This document shows, piece by piece, positions 1 through 12,700 of a stretch of 64,000 bases of DNA. Every line of letters begins with the position of its first letter. The first letter of the stretch is position 1. The notes beneath the pieces are model-generated. The model ran no database searches, was not told the origin of the DNA, and saw nothing but the letters and a program-made list of their open reading frames with translations. A program made the translations under genes and the position numbers. Source of the DNA: Selaginella moellendorffii (taxonomy: Eukaryota > Plantae > Lycopodiophyta); the NCBI RefSeq assembly GCF_000143415.4, contig NW_003314285.1, forward strand, positions 1,267,370-1,331,369, written 5' to 3'.

Positions 1-529
1 CAGTACGGCCGACGCCCAGCGAGTGTTCGACTCCCTTCCGCCCCAATGCCGCGACCTGGTGACGTGGAATGCCCTCGTGGACGCGTACGGCCGCCACGGC
101 GACACGGCCCAAGTAATGTCCATGTTTCACGCGATGCAGCACAGCCACGACCGTACGCTGTGGCCCAATTCCGTAACTTTCTTGCTTGCCTTGAGCGCTT
201 GCTGCCATGCTGGCCTTGTGGACGAGGGCAAGACGCTCCTGGCCGCGATGATTCAAGAGAATCGAGTGATTCCGTCGATCAAGCACTATACCTGCGTGAT
301 CGACCTGTTGGGCCGAGCTAATCGCTTGGAGGAGGCCGTGGAATTGGTGGAGCGATTGCCCTTCGAAGCGGATGCGGTGATCTGGACGTGTTTGATGGAT
401 GCCGCGCACAAATTTGGGGATGATGGCGTTGGGAGGAGAGCATTTGATGCCGTGGCGAAGCTGGAGGCGCGATCGGCAACGTACGTGATGATGTCCAACA
501 TCGTAGGAGCGGCAGCGCAAGAGCCCTAA
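1..529 (+). CDS. PLS-class PPR protein, 3' part (E-type C-terminus, no DYW)
   Basis: Frame open from window start; DLVTWNALVDAYGRHG, PNSVTFLLALSACCHAGLVDEG, HYTCVIDLLGRA, TYVMMSNI. Confidence 0.9.
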   Translation, partial: STADAQRVFDSLPPQCRDLVTWNALVDAYGRHGDTAQVMSMFHAMQHSHDRTLWPNSVTFLLALSACCHAGLVDEGKTLLAAMIQENRVIPSIKHYTCVIDLLGRANRLEEAVELVERLPFEADAVIWTCLMDAAHKFGDDGVGRRAFDAVAKLEARSATYVMMSNIVGAAAQEP

Positions 530-644
530 ACAAGCTCTGTTTTTCCCGCTCGGGTTTGAATTTTAGGGTGGATATTCTGGCCGTTAGATTGGAGGGGATC
601 CAAGGGTGATAACATCCCAGGGTTTTAGAAGCGTCTAGAGAGAA

Positions 645-1854
645 ATGGCTGCAGCTATGGCGCCCTCGTCGTTGATCGCCGCGAGGTCTTCCGCAATTCA
701 GCTCAACGCGCCTTCTACTTCCACAAAAGTAAGCATTTTTATTGATTTCTCGCTCTTTGGCTTCTGGAGCATTCATAGATCTACTTTTTCTTGATTTTAC
801 TGAGCTACATTCTATAAACTATGCTAGAAATCAAAAATTTTGTTCTCTTTGTTTGCTAATTCTTAGAGTTTTTCGTTTCCTTTCCTGATAAAATCGGATT
901 TTTTCAGCTTATCTCGAGGAGCTGGACAGGCCTTCACATGGAAGCCGGAAGTTCATTGTCTGTGACAATTTCATCGCCCCACGCTACGAGGATAAGGAGT
1001 GGTTCTGTCCAAGTTAGAGCAGGAGTTACCGCAACAGCACCATCAAAGGTAAGAGAATTTGTCAAAACTTCCTCTCTTTTTTAATTCCTTTGGGGTTTTG
1101 CAGTTCAAGACTCTAAAACCTCTTGGAGATCGAGTGCTTGTCAAGATCCAAAAAGCAAATGAAACGACACCAGGTGGAATTTTACTGCCAGTGACATCAC
1201 AAACCAAGCCTCAGGGTGGAGAAGTTGTAGCAGTCGGATCAGGCAAGACCATTGCCGACAAGAAAATCGATCCTTGTGTCTCGGTAAAAAATGTTTTCGT
1301 TGGTGTTGCTGGTTTGTAACTTTGATCACAGATTGGTGACATGGTTGTCTACTCCAAGTACGCTGGAACCGAGGTCCAATTCGATGATGCCGAGCACGTC
1401 TTGCTCAAGGAGGACGACCTCATTGGTTTCTTGTCGACCGACGATATCAAAGACTTGAAGCCACTCAACGAGAGAGTCTTGATCAAGGTATGGAAGAACT
1501 TTTGGTATTTAAACCGCTAGAGCCTTTTTCTGTTCCTTCTTTACAGATAGCAGAGGCCGAGGACAAGACGTCCGGAGGTATCATCCTCACCGAAAATGCC
1601 AAAGAGAAGCCCGTCACTGGCACGGTACCAAACTGTCGTTTATCTTCTAGCTGGGGATTGATGCGAGCTTGTGTGTTTAGGCTGTCGCCGTTGGATCTGG
1701 AGCTTTCGGAGAGGATGGGGTGAAAAAGCCGCTAGATATTGCTCCAGGGAACTCGGTCATGTATTCCAAGTATGCTGGAAACGAGTTTAAGAGCAAAGAC
1801 GGGAGCGAGTATGTTGTGATCCGTGCATCGGACATTCTCGCAGTTTTGCCATAG
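645..1854 (+). CDS. CPN20: Chloroplast co-chaperonin 20 (two GroES domains), 6 exons
   Basis: Ser/Ala-rich transit peptide from ATG 645; [10 protein letters not shown] and [10 protein letters not shown], two YSKYAG motifs; GT-AG introns; TAG at 1852-1854. Confidence 0.92.
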
Positions 1855-2019
1855 CTAGCTCCCAAGGATTGAAACAAAAACCAATCAATTTTATTCTGGG
1901 AAAAAAAACAACTAGAATCAAGAGGTAAAAGTCTTGTTCCATTTACAACGATGCTAGATCTTCGTCTACGTAAATACACCCGAAACAGTAGCAAACTAGG
2001 ACTAGATCGATGGCTTCCA

Positions 2020-2856
2020 TCACGCGTACTCATCAGCTTGTGCCTGAAGAAGATTTGCTCGTTCCGAAGGCACAGATCTTCTGCCTGGAGAAATGTTTTA
2101 GATTGATCACCAAAAACCAAAAGAAAAAAACGAATCACGCATACCACAGAAGGCAATTGTGGCGATGAAGAGCATGGAAAGCCCCGAGACGAGAAGATCC
2201 GCGCCAAAGATCACTCCCAGGAGAACCAGCCCAAACTTGGGAGCTAGAATCAAAATGGCAAACGCCAGAATCACCGAAAGAATCCCACTGGCGAGAACAG
2301 CGGGCCACGATGTCATGTTTCGGACTTGACAAGCCATCAACGATTTCAACAGTCCCTGTGATAGAACAAAATTTTTTTAAAAAATGTTGTTTGGCTGGAG
2401 TAAAGCTCGAGCTGGATCACTTACATGAACTAGAAACCATCCAGAGAGAACGTAGACGAGTGCCATGCCACCTTCAATCGGCTTGATCAGCATCAAGAGT
2501 CCAATTCCCAGGTGTAGAATCCCCAGCAACAAAAACGATGTAGTTCCTGGAGCTCCACACACGGCGATGAACTGGACGATCGAGAAAACGCCGCCCAGGA
2601 TGAGCAGCCATGCAATCAGCTGCTCCACCGCCAGAGCAAACACCAGAGGGAAAAGAATTCCTATTATACCAGCGATGATGAAGAGGATGGCATAGATCCC
2701 CAGGTACAGGGATAGCTTGCTCAGGTGCTCCTCTGGAACAAAATCTGTGAGCGTTCGCACAGGGAGAGTGATGAAGTACGTGCGATCTCGCTCTTGCGGA
2801 GGGGGTTGATCACTGGCATGATAATCTCCACTGTCGTTGCGCCCATTCTCCGCCAT
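2020..2856 (-). CDS. HdeD/DUF308-like multi-pass membrane protein, 3 exons (2856-2425, 2355-2145, ~2084-2020)
   Basis: About six hydrophobic Gly-rich helices (GILxxxxGLxxxxxP pattern twice; LLGVIFGADLLVSGL); canonical splice sites give a continuous frame. Confidence 0.75.
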
Positions 2857-3270
2857 TGCGACTGAAACCCTGGATCGATCGATCGAAAAGCCCTAAAAAG
2901 GTAAAGAACACTATGATAGCGCACTGCCCTAAAAGCACAGCACGTGTCCACACACTTGTCCCCAGCTTTCTTTTCCACGATCCTCTAAAGATGTTTTAAG
3001 CTACCTTCCCGCCACATGGTTAATGATCCTTGAAAGTGTATGGGTGGGCATGAAGGTGGCAGTCAATCTGGATGGCATTATATTCTGGGCTGTTGTACCA
3101 CCAATGTAATAGTGTATTCTGGGGTATGTATCCAGCCTGGATGTGATTGGTCATTTTGATTGCTATATGGCTACTACAGTCCAAGACTCAAAAGTATTAT
3201 GGAGTTCTAGAGTCAAAGGGAAACCACATGGGAAAACTTGACAAAAGAACTTAAATTAACCATATCAAAA

Positions 3271-3600
3271 TGTACTGTAAATTCATAATTTTGTAGTTTG
3301 AAAAGTGGTATGAAAAGCTGTTTCCCAAATAATTTCTAAATCTCGTTTTAAATTTAAATACTTTTTCTAAGCGTGTGATGTAGTATTACAGCTGTATAAT
3401 GGTGATAAAAAACAAATAAAAGAAATCTCTATTGGACAGAAAGTTCAAGTTTTATATTCTCTTATATAAATTATATACTATTTAATATTTCCAGTAGGTT
3501 GTACTCATGTACACTAATAGGTTGTACTTCAAATTAAAAATAATGAAGCTAATTACTCTGAAATATATACTTTGGGTATTAAGATCCTAATGTTTACGGT
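3271..3600 (+). pseudogene. Hog/Hint-domain gene copy A, 5' part
   Basis: Translates across decayed introns as CTVNS*...KSCFP / DVVLQLYNGDKKQIKEISIGQK / VVLQIKNNEANYSEIY-FGY*DPNVY; colinear with copy at 14850-15861. Confidence 0.8.
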
Positions 3601-5156
3601 AAGGTAGAATAAGTAAAAGTTTCAATTGAATTTTTTATTTGGCAGATATTCACAGGATTTTGGCTAAAAATCATTTTATAGTGTTTATAAACAAATACAA
3701 CACCACATTCAATGGGGAGGGGGGAGGCCTAACAGCTCATTTAAATGAAATCTGGTTGCTATAAACCTAGGCCAGGGCATTGAGATGGAGCAACTGTTTG
3801 CAGGGAATAAATGCATGCTATGCACCTTTATATTATGTAGGTGGATTTGAGTGGTTGCTTGTCAGGTGGTACAGGATAGTGGGAAAAAGAGCAAAATGAA
3901 TATTGGGATAAGGGATCCTTGTCCTCGCAACAGATGTTCAATTGAGCAAAAATTAGATGCTAGTGGGTCCATCATGCACATGGTGCTGTCTCTTTAGCAC
4001 ATGATGAGAGGTATGTGGATTATATTGACCAGCTCCTGTATCAAAATTCTAAAGGATTGTTGTTGTGCTGGTCCAGGAAGGAACCAGTTTTGACGAAGAA
4101 TGGTTTAAGCTTAACTTGTTGAAGACAAATCCAATTATCACTAGCACTTGCATGTAAGCGACTAAATTTTCCATTCTACTTTAGTCACTTAACCATGCCT
4201 CCGACCATTTGGAGGAGTCTCATTCACAACCTCCATAAGTCCAATTCAGGACTTGGGACTTGCCAGCCCCAAGAATGGCATCCATGCCACTCAACCTTTG
4301 CACTTGGTCCAAGTGCTCCACGTGTCCGATCCCATGACCGACACCCAAAGGTATCACTGACATCTCGGCCCGTTACGCTAAGGCCATGCCCATTCACCTT
4401 TGCTGCGCAAATGGTCCAATACCACTTGCATCACCATCCTGTCTCTCCAAGACTGTGCCATCTGTCTATGAGGGGTCAACCTAGATCCACTCCTTAGCAT
4501 CCTTAAGATGCCCACAGACCTGGGGAATCGCCTTCCCCAAAGTCCCTTTGTCAGTTCCTACCAAGTCCCTTTCTGCCCCTGGCCGTGTTTGCCAACACTG
4601 CCACTGGATCGAGGTCCACAAGCCCGACCACTAAGTCCCACGGTCCTCTGGGACTTCCTCACCACACGACTGTGTCCTTGGTCACTACCCCAGAGGACTG
4701 CTCCTCTTCCTTTCCACAGTCTGGGCCTTTGGGACGACATTTCGGAACACCGTGGCCTTACGCGAGCCACCTGGGTACTCTCCCCACCTATCGCCTTTAG
4801 GTGCTCTAGCCATGGGCTTAGAGCGAGGTTCCGTTGAGCCACGCCTGGTATCCAAGTAGGTAGTGCCACCCACACTTGGACTGAGAGCATCGGCCAGTCG
4901 ATCTCCCGGGGGAACTAGAGCCGGCTCTTGAACACTTCACCAAGCTACCCCACTTGTCGGTCCGTGTTCACTCTAGTCTTGGACTTCCCAGTGGGCAGCT
5001 CATCACCCAACACTGGGTCCGGCCTTCCTGGGCCAAACTGGCCTTTCCTGGCCAAACTGGCTCCACTGCAGTCCTCCCCCTACTATACTTTTGGGGCTCA
5101 CCAAACCCCCCAGGGTCTGGGAGACGAACGCTTTGGGCTTTCACCCTCTCAGGCTC

Positions 5157-5697
5157 CGGACTCGGACTCGGACTCGGACTCGGACTCGGACTCGGACTCG
5201 GACTCGGACTCGGACTCGGACTCGGGCTCGGGCTCGGTCTCGGCCTTGGCCTCGGTCTCGGTCTCGGTCCCGATCTCGGTCTTGGTCTCGGTCTCGGTCC
5301 CGGTCTCGGTCCCGGTCTCGGTCTCGACTTCGGACTCCATCTCGGACTCCATCTTGGACTCCATCTCGGGTCCATCTCGGGTCCATCTCGGACTCCATCT
5401 CGGACTCCATCTCGGGTCCATCTCGGACTCCATCTCGGACTCCATTTCGGGTCCATCTCGGGTCCACCTCGGACTCCATCTCGGACTCCATCTCGGACTC
5501 CATCTCGGACTCCACTTCGGACTCCAACTCGGGTCCATCTCGGGTCCACCTCGGACTCCACTTCGGACTCCAACTCGGGTCCATCTCGGACTCCACTTCG
5601 GACTCCAACTCGAGTCCATCTCGGACTCCACTCCGGACTCCAACTCGAGTCCATCTCGGACTCCACTTCGGACTCCAACTCGAGTCCATTTCGGACA
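5157..5697. repeat. LTR-internal minisatellite: (GGACTC)n, (GGTCTC)n, then 12-mer (GGACTCCATCTC)n variants
   Basis: Directly visible; explains the six overlapping low-complexity ORFs. Confidence 0.95.
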
Positions 5698-8600
5698 CTC
5701 CCACGTGTCATGTGTTGGTCCTTTTGGGTCCCTTTTTGGAGCCTTGCCTTTTGCTCGCTTCGTGCTCGTTCCTCGAGCACTTCGTTGGGAGTTCCACTCC
5801 CGCTCTTGACTTTTCAAGTCGGAGCTTTTGGTCCAAACGTGTTATGCTCTTTTGGCTCTCACTTCGGCCACTACCATGTGGCGCCCTTCCGGCTCCACTT
5901 TGGGGCCTAGGGATTTTGTGTCTCACAACTCCACCACCCATAGACGAAGTTCGATGTCCTCATCGAACGGTAAACCATTTTGTAAAGTAACACCCGTATG
6001 TGTTACCATTTCCATCCTTGGCACCTAGCCAATATTTGTCAATGGTTTGACATTGAAGGCTCACCATGCCTTTTGCATATGCCTCAATGGTTTGACACCA
6101 AAGGCTCACCATGCCTTGCCTATCCTCTAAGGAGGGTAGTCTCCCCAACTTAGAGACTGATTGGACCACAAGGATTGGTTCTCTCCTTTTATTGGTTTAG
6201 TTCTCGCTAAACCTCTTAGAGACCCTTCTCTAAGTCAAACCCACTACTCCTTCTCGAGTAGTCTCAAATTCCATCGATATAACCTTTGCACTTTGGAACT
6301 TTGAATTTTGACTTCTTGGAGTCAATTTCCTAGGTGTCTCCGACACCTTGCCTTGCACCTTTTGTGCAACTCCACTTCCCATCCTAGGAAGTTCTCTACT
6401 CGAGGGCACCATCATCCTCTCTTCTATTTCGTGCCAAAGTTCCAGTTATCATACTTTGTGCTAGGGCTGTTCATGGCCCTATCATTTGGCTACCTTACCG
6501 CTCCCTCCCTTGGAGCTTCCACTTTCGCCAAATCAGAGCATTTCGGAATCCTTCCTTGGAAATACACTTCCTTTCCCGCAACTTGTTAGCGTCCAACACA
6601 TTAGTGTTCCTCGCCTAACTTTGTCACTTGGATTCCTTCCAAGGGATTCCACGGCCCTATCTTGGCCACTCATCTTTTGCTCCTATCCGTTGATTGTTGC
6701 ACCAAGCAACATCGAATCTCTACCTCCCTCCTTGAGGTATTGTTTCGGTTCCATAGCAAAGACTCTTCTTTGCCAAGTCCGGAGGATGTTCACCCCTAGT
6801 ACATCTCTTTAGCATCTTCTGCTATGGGCTCTATCCACGGCCCAACTTCGTGACCCTCCCATGGGTCTTTTATAGAGACTACTTTCCTCGGACTCACTAT
6901 GCCATCGCACGGACATAGTTTATTTCCCTTAGGTGCTCTTCCCACTTGGTCATCACGACCAAGCCACACCACCTTAAACAGTTCAATTTCAACATTTTGA
7001 ACCAGGAACTTCATTCCTTAGCCAAACAAGGACCTTGTCCTTATCTGGCCATAAGATCACCTAGTGATCTCACCTTGGCACCTTAACAGAGTTGCCAAGA
7101 GGTACTTGGTCTTCTAGACCTCCAAGTTGTTGACTATAACCCCGGGGGCATCCCCCACACTTGGCGGTGCACCCAAGCTAGCCCTTACGGCCAAGGGTTC
7201 ATAGCAACTGAGATTAGGTGTCCCCATCTCACTCACCACGACCTTGGTGCCACTTGCACCAAAGTGTTCAAGTTAGATATGCTGAGCTTTCACACTAAGC
7301 AATCTAACCGTGCATCACGACTCCGAGGCATCCCTCGCTTGGCGGTGTGCCCAAACCAGTCTCCCCACTGAGAGTCCATGACCACCGAAATATGAGTGTC
7401 CTCATATTCCAAACCATCACCACGCCCTAGTGATTTGGGACTCGAACCCAAGCACTAGAGGGTCGGGACTCGAACCCAACCTCCGTATATGCATCTACGG
7501 ACGGCATCACACTAGATGCCTGGCGTGACTCCCCACGCCGGTGCACCAACCTATTTTTAAAGCGCGCTACAGATCACAGCTTAGGAACCTAGTTCCTCCA
7601 CACTGCCAAGTCCTCTCACTTGACATGTCTGTGATCATGCATGGACTCCTCCATGCTCGGCCCCATGGCCCACCCTTTTTGAAGTTATCGCCTTCAACTA
7701 GGGTATTTGTTCCCCTGACGTGCCAATCTTGCTTGGCAAGTTCTCCGACCACTGTAACATGGTTCCTGCATAAGCGTGAAAGTCCTTGACCATCGACTTT
7801 CGTTCAAAGCCCTCTCTTTGAACACTCGGGAACTACTTCCCTAACCTTGATAGCCTTGCCTCATGGCAAGCTTCAAGACCACGCTTTTGCTGCGCCACTC
7901 TGATTTCGCGCATTCCATGAACCATTTACACTTGGCCTTTCTAGGTACTAAGCTACCTAGAATCGTCTTTGGGAACCTTGAAGGAACTCTGTCCCTCAGC
8001 TTGCTAAGGCCTCCCTTTTGCAAGCCTTCCAAATGCCACATAGTCTAACATGGACAATTCTATAACTTAGACTCTCCATGGCATCACGGTTGCTAGCGGC
8101 AACACCCTCGAGCCCCCACTTGATTCTACACTCCCAGCTGGCATAACCAACCTTGGTTATGCCCTTCGATTTCTATGGTTCAGTTCCATCCCAATACTAC
8201 TTGCCTTTGGCTTCACACCTTTCCTTCGGTCATTCTCCTCCAGACAAGGAGGATAGCTTTGCACTTTCTATCATGCTTTAGCAAGTATTCTTAGGGATGA
8301 ACCTACCCAATAGCCTAGGGAGTGGTTCCTCAATCCGGGTATGCTCACCTTATAATCCCACACATTGGGATTACATTGTTGCTTATGGGCCTTTACATGC
8401 CCATCACTAGCCTTGCCAAAATTCCATTTTTGGCTTTGTCCAACTCGGGTAGACAGTCCTCTCCTGTCTCCGCAACCTTGGACATTTGGATAGCACCTTC
8501 TATCCATCATTCGCTAGGGACTTAGTCCCTTGGGCTTTATCCATTGCCCTCGCGACATCAAACACCACCTTCTGGTGTTCTAGAGTGTTCAGGTGTCCCA

Positions 8601-11029
8601 ATGATGGCTTTCTTGACAATGAGTATTTCCTTTTATGACATTGACTTACTATATCGCAACACAAGCAACTTATCCCTCGTAAGGGTATATCCAACTTCCC
8701 TATGCTATTAAGAAGTCTTGGGTAGCTACCTTCTACCCGTTTAACCAGTTATTTTGCACCTCTTGCTTAGTTGCCTCATAGTTGTCAAGTCCTACAACTC
8801 ATTGCTTGGTGCTTTCACACCTCCATCATTATCTGGGTCACCACACTCCAACTGCATGCTCTGCAGCTTAGGCTATGCTATTCCCATTTCCATTGGGATT
8901 CCTTTGGCAAGGGTTCTCATGAACCCACCAACATAGCCTCAAGGTATTACACCTTGGCACATTTGGTGTCTCCACACCATCGGCTCCACGAGCCTACCTC
9001 TATGACACTTCTTCTTTGTGTCTAAGTCTTTGCCAAGACCAATGCCACTCTTTCTCATGCCAACCATCTGTTAGCACTACACCATAGAGGTCACACACAA
9101 CTTTGTGTCAAAGTTGTTTTCTTTTTGGGAACACCTTTCCCACGACTTTAACATGGCACATTTTGCCATCGATGAGATACCCTTTGTTCTCATCCTTGGA
9201 TCCTATGATCCCCCCCCCATCCTTTGTGGGGTACAACACACCTCAGTCCAAATGCTTCCATCAGTCCTTTTAGGACCATCCCTTGACTCTACTTGAGTCA
9301 TCCAGCAATTTTGGACTTGGTTAATCCACAGACCCGTAAGGTCCTACTTGTGAGGCACTAGCTCACTGGAATACACTTCTTGCATTCCTGTCCTACTCAA
9401 AAGGACTATTTTCACAAGTGTTACTCCGACACTTGATTTTGTTCTCTGGGGGCAACCTTTGCCCCTTAGGACTACTTGTCCATGTGATGAGAATACCAAC
9501 TCATCCACTTAATACACCCCCAACTCCTTGGGTTGTTCCAGCATTTATTAGAGGTAGCCCCGGCTACCATTTCGAGGACTCGTGTCCTCATCCATACTTG
9601 ACCTCTCACGGTCATCCATTCCAGTCTCACCTTCATGAGCACCAGCCTCAACCATATGAGGATAAACTTGTGACTCCTTTATTGTTTTTGGAGTCTTTAT
9701 CTTCCCCGTGATCCCAACTATAGTTGTTTACCCCAACTACATTAGCCCGTTTGCTGAGTCAAACGCTCATCTGGATCACCTCCTCAACTCAATGAGGAAA
9801 ACCTTGCACTGTTCCCAAGATCCCAAAGTCGTTCCATTATTGGCCCTTTTCTATCCACCACCTCGTCTACAAGTTCACACATGAACTGTAATGGAGAGCC
9901 ATGTCTTCCCGACTTGCTACTCCTCAAGGATAGGCCCACTCCTCGGACCTTCCGATGCCAACGCTAGTGGTGATATACTTGAGCACCAATAAAAGTCGGA
10001 CTAAGGAACAGCTCCGATACCAAGTTGTAAGCGACTAAATTTTCCATTCTACTTTAGTCACTTAACCATGCCTCCGACCATTTGGAGGAGTCTCATTCAC
10101 AACCTCCATAAGTCCAATTCAGGACTTGGGACTTGCCAGCCCCAAGAATGGCATCCATGCCACTCAACCTTTGCACTTGGTCCAAGTGCTCCACGTGTCC
10201 GATCCCATGACCGACACCCAAAGGTATCACTGACATCTCGGCCCGTTACGCTAAGGCCATGCCCATTCACCTTTGCTGCGCAAATGGTCCAATACCACTT
10301 GCATCACCATCCTGTCTCTCCAAGACTGTGCCATCTGTCTATGAGGGGTCAACCTAGATCCACTCCTTAGCATCCTTAAGATGCCCACAGACCTGGGGAA
10401 TCGCCTTCCCCAAAGTCCCTTTGTCAGTTCCTACCAAGTCCCTTTCTGCCCCTGGCCGTGTTTGCCAACACTGCCACTGGATCGAGGTCCACAAGCCCGA
10501 CCACTAAGTCCCACGGTCCTCTGGGACTTCCTCACCACACGACTGTGTCCTTGGTCACTACCCCAGAGGACTGCTCCTCTTCCTTTCCACAGTCTGGGCC
10601 TTTGGGACGACATTTCGGAACACCGTGGCCTTACGCGAGCCACCTGGGTACTCTCCCCACCTATCGCCTTTAGGTGCTCTAGCCATGGGCTTAGAGCGAG
10701 GTTCCGTTGAGCCACGCCTGGTATCCAAGTAGGTAGTGCCACCCACACTTGGACTGGGAGCATCGGCCAGTCGATCTCCCGGGGGAACTAGAGCCGGCTC
10801 TTGAACACTTCACCAAGCTACCCCACTTGTCGGTCCGTGTTCACTCTAGTCTTGGACTTCCCAGTGGGCAGCTCATCACCCAACACTGGGTCCGGCCTTC
10901 CTGGGCCAAACTGGCCTTTCCTGGCCAAACTGGCTCCACTGCAGTCCTCCCCCTACTATACTTTTGGGGCTCACCAAACCCCCCAGGGTCTGGGAGACGA
11001 ACGCTTTGGGCTTTCACCCTCTCAGGCTC

Positions 11030-11600
11030 CGGACTCGGACTCGGACTCGGACTCGGACTCGGACTCGGACTCGGACTCGGACTCGGACTCGGACTCGGGC
11101 TCGGGCTCGGTCTCGGTCTCGGTCCCGATCTCGGTCCCGGTCTCGGTCCCGGTCTCGGTCTCGGTCCCGGTCTCGGTCTCGACTTCGGACTCCATCTCGG
11201 ACTCCATCTTGGACTCCATCTCGGGTCCATCTCGGCGTCCATCTCGGACTCCATCTCGGACTCCATCTCGGGTCCATCTCGGACTCCATTTCGGGTCCAT
11301 CTCGGGTCCACCTCGGACTCCATCTCGGACTCCATCTCGGACTCCATCTCGGACTCCACTTCGGACTCCAACTCGGGTCCATCTCGGACTCCATCTCGGA
11401 CTCCATCTCGGACTCCACTTCGGACTCCAACTCGGGTCCATCTCGGGTCCACCTCGGACTCCACTTCGGACTCCAACTCGGGTCCATCTCGGACTCCACT
11501 TCGGACTCCAACTCGAGTCCATCTCGGACTCCACTCCGGACTCCAACTCGAGTCCATCTCGGACTCCACTTCGGACTCCAACTCGAGTCCATTTCGGACA
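11030..11600. repeat. Same minisatellite in the second LTR, different unit count and order
   Basis: Directly visible. Confidence 0.95.
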
Positions 11601-12009
11601 CTCCCACGTGTCATGTGTTGGTCCTTTTGGGTCCCTTTTTGGAGCCTTGCCTTTTGCTCGCTTCGTGCTCGTTCCTCGAGCACTTCGTTGGGAGTTCCAC
11701 TCCCGCTCTTGACTTTTCAAGTCGGAGCTTTTGGTCCAAACGTGTTACGCTCTTTTGGCTCTCGCTTCGGCCACTACCATGTGGCGCCCTTCCGGCTCCA
11801 CTTTGGGGCCTAGGGATTTTGTGTCTCACATTGCACTCCTTTTTGTTATTGAGAGGTAGTAATGATTTAGCATTGCCAATTTGACACAAAAGGAAGGATG
11901 ATGGGCATTTAGCTGGTGGGGAAGGGATTGGAGGGGTGGAGGTCAGACTTAAAATTCTATATTATTTATAAATTAATTTTAAAATTTTAAGAATAATCAA
12001 AAATATTAA

Positions 12010-12700
12010 TTTAGAACTTTATAAATGATGTTTTGTTATTTTTACTGGGAAACTTTTTGCTTATAATATAACAGGCAAAATTGGACTTTTTTAATAATTC
12101 TTTTGTGTTAAACATTGAATTGTAAGTATTTATATTTTACAAAATCTTGGACTTAACAACCTTCTTAAACAGGTGATGCAATAATGGCAATAAAGGCAAT
12201 TAAAAGAAAATAATATCAAAGATAAGGGTTAATCATTTTTTGGGTATATTAGGGAACTTAATATTTTATAGTAGTTGCAATTTCAAATTCAAATACTACA
12301 AGGTCAAATAGATTATTCTGATATATATGATTTCAGACATCAATTTTTTTTCTTACAGATATTTTTTTTATATTAACATGGAAAGTATAAATGTATTATT
12401 TTTATTTTATAATTTTATAAACGGGTAAAGGTTTTTTTCTTATTTAATTTTTATATACAATCATCTATATGTATGCTATTTATATTACTAAAAATGATGT
12501 ATTATTTTTTTTAATCAGGAAAAGTTTTATCCTATAATGTAATTGTTAAGAAAATATCAGAAAATACTTAATCTATCAATTTCAACAAAAACATAGACTT
12601 TATAGCCCATTGACATCTAATTGTTAATGATATTGTTGAATCTGCTTTCATCTTTACTTTTGTATATTTTTCTCCTTCAATCAAACTTCCAGCATATAAA
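12010..12700 (+). pseudogene. Hog/Hint-domain relics: exon-4-like piece (~12020-12075) and strongly decayed copy B (~12173-12700)
   Basis: cag|GTGATGCAATA (GDAI) at 12173; TTCTGATATATATG; QKHRLYSPLT-LIVNDIV at ~12586-12640; reverse-complement match to 15090-15660. Confidence 0.7.

Larger units (their letters stand above)
4153..11830 (-). mobile_element. Full-length LTR retrotransposon, non-autonomous (no intact internal ORF), recent insertion
   Basis: TG..CA LTRs 4153-5927 and 10026-11830 nearly identical; TSD TTGCA (4148-4152, 11831-11835); PBS TGGTATCGGAGC on minus strand (10011-10022); purine-rich PPT beside 5928. Confidence 0.95.

Noticed and set aside
5157-5697. CRISPR-like array
   Set aside because: Contiguous short units with no unique spacers, eukaryotic context
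4928-5990. Long SD/RS/GL-repeat ORFs resembling adhesins or SR proteins (also 10749-11889)
   Set aside because: Produced by the stop-free LTR minisatellite in all six frames
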